Assembly: GCA_964372845.1 (NCBI GenBank)
Contig: CAYJRS010000001.1
Location: 28,823 to 66,072 of the forward strand
Length of the DNA stretch: 37,250 nt
From: Candidatus Woesearchaeota archaeon
GTDB lineage: Archaea; Nanobdellota; Nanobdellia; SCGC-AAA011-G17; ARS1403
Direction of reading: 5' to 3'
Part shown: positions 33,917 through 37,250 of the stretch, piece after piece
Layout: each line of letters starts with the position of its first letter
Position numbering within the stretch: the stretch's first letter is position 1
The notes under the pieces: generated by a model
The model's input: only the letters and a program-made list of their open reading frames with translations
Databases searched by the model: none
Told to the model about the DNA's origin: nothing
Translations under genes and position numbers: made by a program

Positions 33917-35263
33917 ATGGCTGTTAAATGTCCTAAATGCGGGAGGACAATACAGAATCAGGGTGCGCTGAATACACATATGTTGACTCACAAATCCAAT
34001 ACTGCTAGTCAAAGAGATTCTTCTTCTTTTTATAGCGGAAGAGATTCTGGAAATAATTCTGGAGATAGAGGAAAGGTGAGGAGCTCTAATTCAGGACCTT
34101 TGATTTTTTTATTGATAATTATTGCACTTGTTATTTTTTGGATAAGCCCCTGGTTTGAAAAAGCTGTTGCTTCCGGAGTTTTGGAAACTAAAGGGGGGAA
34201 ATTAATCAAGCCGTTGTTTTCTTTTGCCGATGCTGCCAAGGATAGTTTGTCTAATACTGCCAGCACCCTCAGCAAATTTGCCAGCGGAGAATATAAATCT
34301 AGCTTGAAGAGCGACGTTGAGGAGAGAGTGAAATCTGGATTGGAGTTTGGTGAGCTGAAAATTTCAGGAATTGAATTTGGAGGATTGAGCTTGAGCAATG
34401 AACTTAAAGTTGACACCATCATTATTGTAGGAAAGTTAGATTCTGCGATTGAAAACATTAGAGCTAAAATCTCTTGCAGACTTGGTCCTGAGAATATAAC
34501 CGGGGATGTTAAGAGCGATGTTGTCGACGATAAAGGAATCATTGTTTTGGATAATCCTAATGAATTGCCTAGCTATGAGCAAGATGGAATTAGATGTGCT
34601 TTTCCTAAGGATAAAATAAACCTGCCTAAAAATGTGAATGCCAAAGAAGTTGAGATGATGCTTAGCTATTCTTTATCTCCCGGCTTCAGCTTAGAGACTT
34701 TTGTGATGGATAAAAATCTGGAAATCGACGAGAAAGAAAAACTTAGAAGAGGAGAATATGATCGGATTTCTAAGATGAGGTATATAACCGATGTCGACGC
34801 CAAACTGCAATTCAGCGACAAGAAACCATTGATAGCTGGAGAAAGTAAATTGCTTGGAATTCAGTTTGAGAATAAAAATAAGAGAAGAAACAATGTTGTT
34901 TTGGAGAGCTTTATTATTAGATTGCCAGGAGAGCTGAGTTTTGAAAAATGCGATGCCATGAATTTTGATTCTGGAAAAGGATTTTGGGTGATGGATAAAA
35001 AATATTTGGACTGGGTCAGCAAGCAGCTTAATGAAGACGATGGAGAAAGTGATTTGATTGAATGCGGGGTTAGGGCTCCAAGTGTTAGAGGCTCTGTTGC
35101 TGGAGTAGCTCCTATAGGTAAGATTGATGGGAGAGTAGGATTTAGAAATACTATAAGCAAGAAGCAAGATGTTATAATCTACAAGAAGGACGAGCCTAAG
35201 AATGATGAGCCTGTATTAGTAGAGGAGCAGAAGAATAGTGAGGATAAAGCTGAGAATGCATAG
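33917..35263 (+). CDS. C2H2 zinc finger, low-complexity linker, single TM segment and large ectodomain
   Basis: CPKCGRTIQNQGALNTHMLTH has exact Cx2Cx12Hx3H spacing. An S/G/N-rich linker follows, then the TM segment GPLIFLLIIIALVIFWISPWF and about 360 aa outside. Confidence 0.6.
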   Translation: MAVKCPKCGRTIQNQGALNTHMLTHKSNTASQRDSSSFYSGRDSGNNSGDRGKVRSSNSGPLIFLLIIIALVIFWISPWFEKAVASGVLETKGGKLIKPLFSFADAAKDSLSNTASTLSKFASGEYKSSLKSDVEERVKSGLEFGELKISGIEFGGLSLSNELKVDTIIIVGKLDSAIENIRAKISCRLGPENITGDVKSDVVDDKGIIVLDNPNELPSYEQDGIRCAFPKDKINLPKNVNAKEVEMMLSYSLSPGFSLETFVMDKNLEIDEKEKLRRGEYDRISKMRYITDVDAKLQFSDKKPLIAGESKLLGIQFENKNKRRNNVVLESFIIRLPGELSFEKCDAMNFDSGKGFWVMDKKYLDWVSKQLNEDDGESDLIECGVRAPSVRGSVAGVAPIGKIDGRVGFRNTISKKQDVIIYKKDEPKNDEPVLVEEQKNSEDKAENA

Positions 35264-35308
35264 AAACATTTTTATAAACAACAAGGTTTTTAAAAATAAG
35301 GTGATGCG

Positions 35309-36259
35309 ATGTCTAAATTTAAAGTTTTTATAATAATTCTAGTTTTGTTTTTTGTAATGGGGCAGAGCTGCAAAATCGGAGGGAAGAAGAAAAGTGGCTT
35401 TGTGGAGGATGATTTCACTGGAACTAAAGGCCTTGTGCTGAATCTCGTCGAGGGACTGCCACCGAAGGAGATCTGGAAAGGGATTGAGTTTGGAATCTGG
35501 GTCGATGTGCATAATCAAGGTGTTAATGATGTAAAAAAAGGAAGGGTTTGCGTCGGTTCTTTGCCTAGCAGCATATTTACTAAATCTGACAGCTGTTTAG
35601 AGTTAAAAGAGATTGCTGGGAGGAGAAATTTTCCTGGAGGGGAAATACAGACTTATGGAGAGGGAAGCTGGGATGGGTTTTTTCTTAAAGATAGTTATGA
35701 AGTTCCTGTAGATTCTACGTATCCAATTTCTGCTAAAGCCTGCTATGAATACAGCACAGTTCTTTCACCTCTGATCTGTGTTCGAGATTTGAGAATGAAT
35801 GAAAAAGATGTTGTCTGCAAAGCTGGAAACATTAAAGTCCCTAGCAGCCAGGGTGGTCCTGTCTCTGTTGTTTTCCTGAAAGAGGATATTGTGCCGAGGG
35901 GAAGTGAAAATGAACTGTTCTTTACCTTCAAGATTAAAAATGCTGGCGACGGAGATGTTATTAAATCTGGTGTTGAGAATGATGAATGCAGGTTTACCAA
36001 TAGAAAGGATAAGGACGTTGTGAATATTGAAATTGAGCTGCCTGGGTTTGGGAAAGGGGATTGTAAAAATGAAGGGAAAATTATTTTAATTAATGGAGAG
36101 GGACAGGGGTTCTGCTCTGGAATCAAGGTTCCAAAGGGAGAGAGTTTTTCGTTACCTTTAAATATTAAATTAACATATGGATATTTGTCTCATATTAGAG
36201 GTGAGTTCATGATCAAGAAAGATTTAACGACGAAAAAGGAGACTTTGGAGGGGATATAA
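35309..36259 (+). CDS. secreted or lipoprotein-like protein, paralog A (signal ends GQSC)
   Basis: N-terminus MSKFKVFIIILVLFFVMGQSC. It shares blocks with the next ORF (GLVLNLVEGLPP, KACYEYS..LICV, FTFKIKNAGDGDV, LTYGYL). Confidence 0.6.
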   Translation: MSKFKVFIIILVLFFVMGQSCKIGGKKKSGFVEDDFTGTKGLVLNLVEGLPPKEIWKGIEFGIWVDVHNQGVNDVKKGRVCVGSLPSSIFTKSDSCLELKEIAGRRNFPGGEIQTYGEGSWDGFFLKDSYEVPVDSTYPISAKACYEYSTVLSPLICVRDLRMNEKDVVCKAGNIKVPSSQGGPVSVVFLKEDIVPRGSENELFFTFKIKNAGDGDVIKSGVENDECRFTNRKDKDVVNIEIELPGFGKGDCKNEGKIILINGEGQGFCSGIKVPKGESFSLPLNIKLTYGYLSHIRGEFMIKKDLTTKKETLEGI

Positions 36260-37191
36260 TGAAAAAAAAGAGGTACTATATTTTTTTAGTTCTAATTTCA
36301 CTAATTTTAATTTCTGGTCAGGCTTGTGAAAGGAGAGATAAAAAAGCGGGAGTTTTTTTAGGAGGGAAAGAAGGGCTTGTAATTGATTTCGTCGAGGATG
36401 CTCCTCCTATCAGCGGAATTTTTAAAGATGAGGGGTTTCCAATTGATGTTGAGCTGATTAATAAAGGAGAGACTGAGATTGGGCAGGGTTCTGCTATTAT
36501 TTATTTAACTGGGGCTTTGTTTTCCAGCAATGCAATTGATGCTACGAATAAGCAAGCCAGCAATGATGCATTTATAGCTGCTGTCGAGGATAGCGAAAAA
36601 GGAAGGGTTGAAGACAGCTTAGTTGTTTCTTTAGGAACTGCTACTTATAAAGGAACGATTTTGGGAGACAGTGTGCCTTTGGATGCTAGGGCTAGTGTTT
36701 GCTATCCTTATGAAACTAGAATTCAAGTAGATGAGTTTTGCGTTCCAAGCACTGCAAGAAAAGTAACTGGGACTGATGACTGCGAGATTATAACTACTGA
36801 AAATATAATAAGAGATAAGGATAATTCTGGAGCTCCTGTGCACGTTACCTCTCTAAGAGAGCAGAAAGGACCTGATTTTGTAAGAGTTACTTTAGATGTT
36901 AATAATGTCGGTACCGGGGACGTAGTTGCTCCAGGGGTTTGCAAAAGAGATTTGGAAAGGGCTGATTTGGATAAAGTCAGAGTGAAGATGCCGACGAATT
37001 TTGCTTGCAGCTTTAGAGATGGAGAGGGTAGCGAGGGTATAGTTGAATTGAGAAGCGGACATGCTGTGCTGAGATGCAAGAGAGATGTGAATAATCCTGG
37101 AAGCGCATTTAAGGAAAGTGTCGGGATAACTTTGGGATACAATTACTTGCAGGAAATAAGCAAGACAGTTACGATTAATAAAGGAAGTTAA
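36259..37191 (+). CDS. secreted or lipoprotein-like protein, paralog B (signal ends GQAC)
   Basis: N-terminus MKKKRYYIFLVLISLILISGQAC. The matching blocks are GLVIDFVEDAPP, SVCYPYE..EFCV, VTLDVNNVGTGDV and LGYNYL. There is a 1-nt TAATG overlap with paralog A. Confidence 0.6.
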   Translation: MKKKRYYIFLVLISLILISGQACERRDKKAGVFLGGKEGLVIDFVEDAPPISGIFKDEGFPIDVELINKGETEIGQGSAIIYLTGALFSSNAIDATNKQASNDAFIAAVEDSEKGRVEDSLVVSLGTATYKGTILGDSVPLDARASVCYPYETRIQVDEFCVPSTARKVTGTDDCEIITTENIIRDKDNSGAPVHVTSLREQKGPDFVRVTLDVNNVGTGDVVAPGVCKRDLERADLDKVRVKMPTNFACSFRDGEGSEGIVELRSGHAVLRCKRDVNNPGSAFKESVGITLGYNYLQEISKTVTINKGS

Positions 37192-37250
37192 ATAGCTTTA
37201 TAAATTTTTTATTCTTTTTTTCCTTTTATGGAAATAATTGCAGATTTACA

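Noticed and set aside
37228-37250. ATG followed by MEIIADL at the right edge
   Set aside because: Only 7 codons are visible. A downstream gene probably starts here, but no product can be called.
1-37250. Search for CRISPR arrays, rRNA genes, transposases or integrases and long direct or inverted repeats
   Set aside because: None was seen by eye. The only exact repeat of note is the 18-bp palindrome pair at 13225/13265, and the only mobile elements are the three inteins. A computational repeat scan is needed to confirm this.

Overview
AT-rich, gene-dense archaeal window. Archaeal markers are RadA, RPA, Hef helicase and nuclease, aEF-1beta, geranylgeranyl reductase, an intron-containing tRNA and class-III (prepilin-like) signal peptides. 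Compact overlapping genes and many small secreted or membrane proteins suggest a DPANN-like organism; that is inference only. Three themes stand out. (1) Positions 8.8-21.4 kb hold a type-IV-pilus-like surface-filament locus: a VirB11/FlaI-type ATPase, a T2SSF-type platform protein, and at least 8 genes starting MN[KN][KR]G or a close variant, two of them micro-ORFs missing from the ORF track. An operator-flanked HEPN/MNT module sits between the ATPase and platform genes. The A24 prepilin peptidase lies at 29.9-30.7 kb. A second surface module at 32.8-37.2 kb has a ninth pilin-like gene, a C2H2-zinc-finger transmembrane protein and two paralogous GQ[SA]C-signal proteins. (2) Three LAGLIDADG inteins total 1720 codons: one of 711 aa in the P-loop of the pilus ATPase and two in RadA. 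(3) Informational and repair genes include a Hef split into two genes, RPA, RadA, LigT and a tRNA-Arg(GCG) that appears to carry a 15-nt intron in the anticodon stem. Other items are three tandem membrane-protein paralogs, an M50-like protein with a degenerate HExxH next to TraB, and a PIN-domain gene. I saw no rRNA, CRISPR array or transposase. All family calls come from motif recognition by eye and need HMM or structure confirmation.
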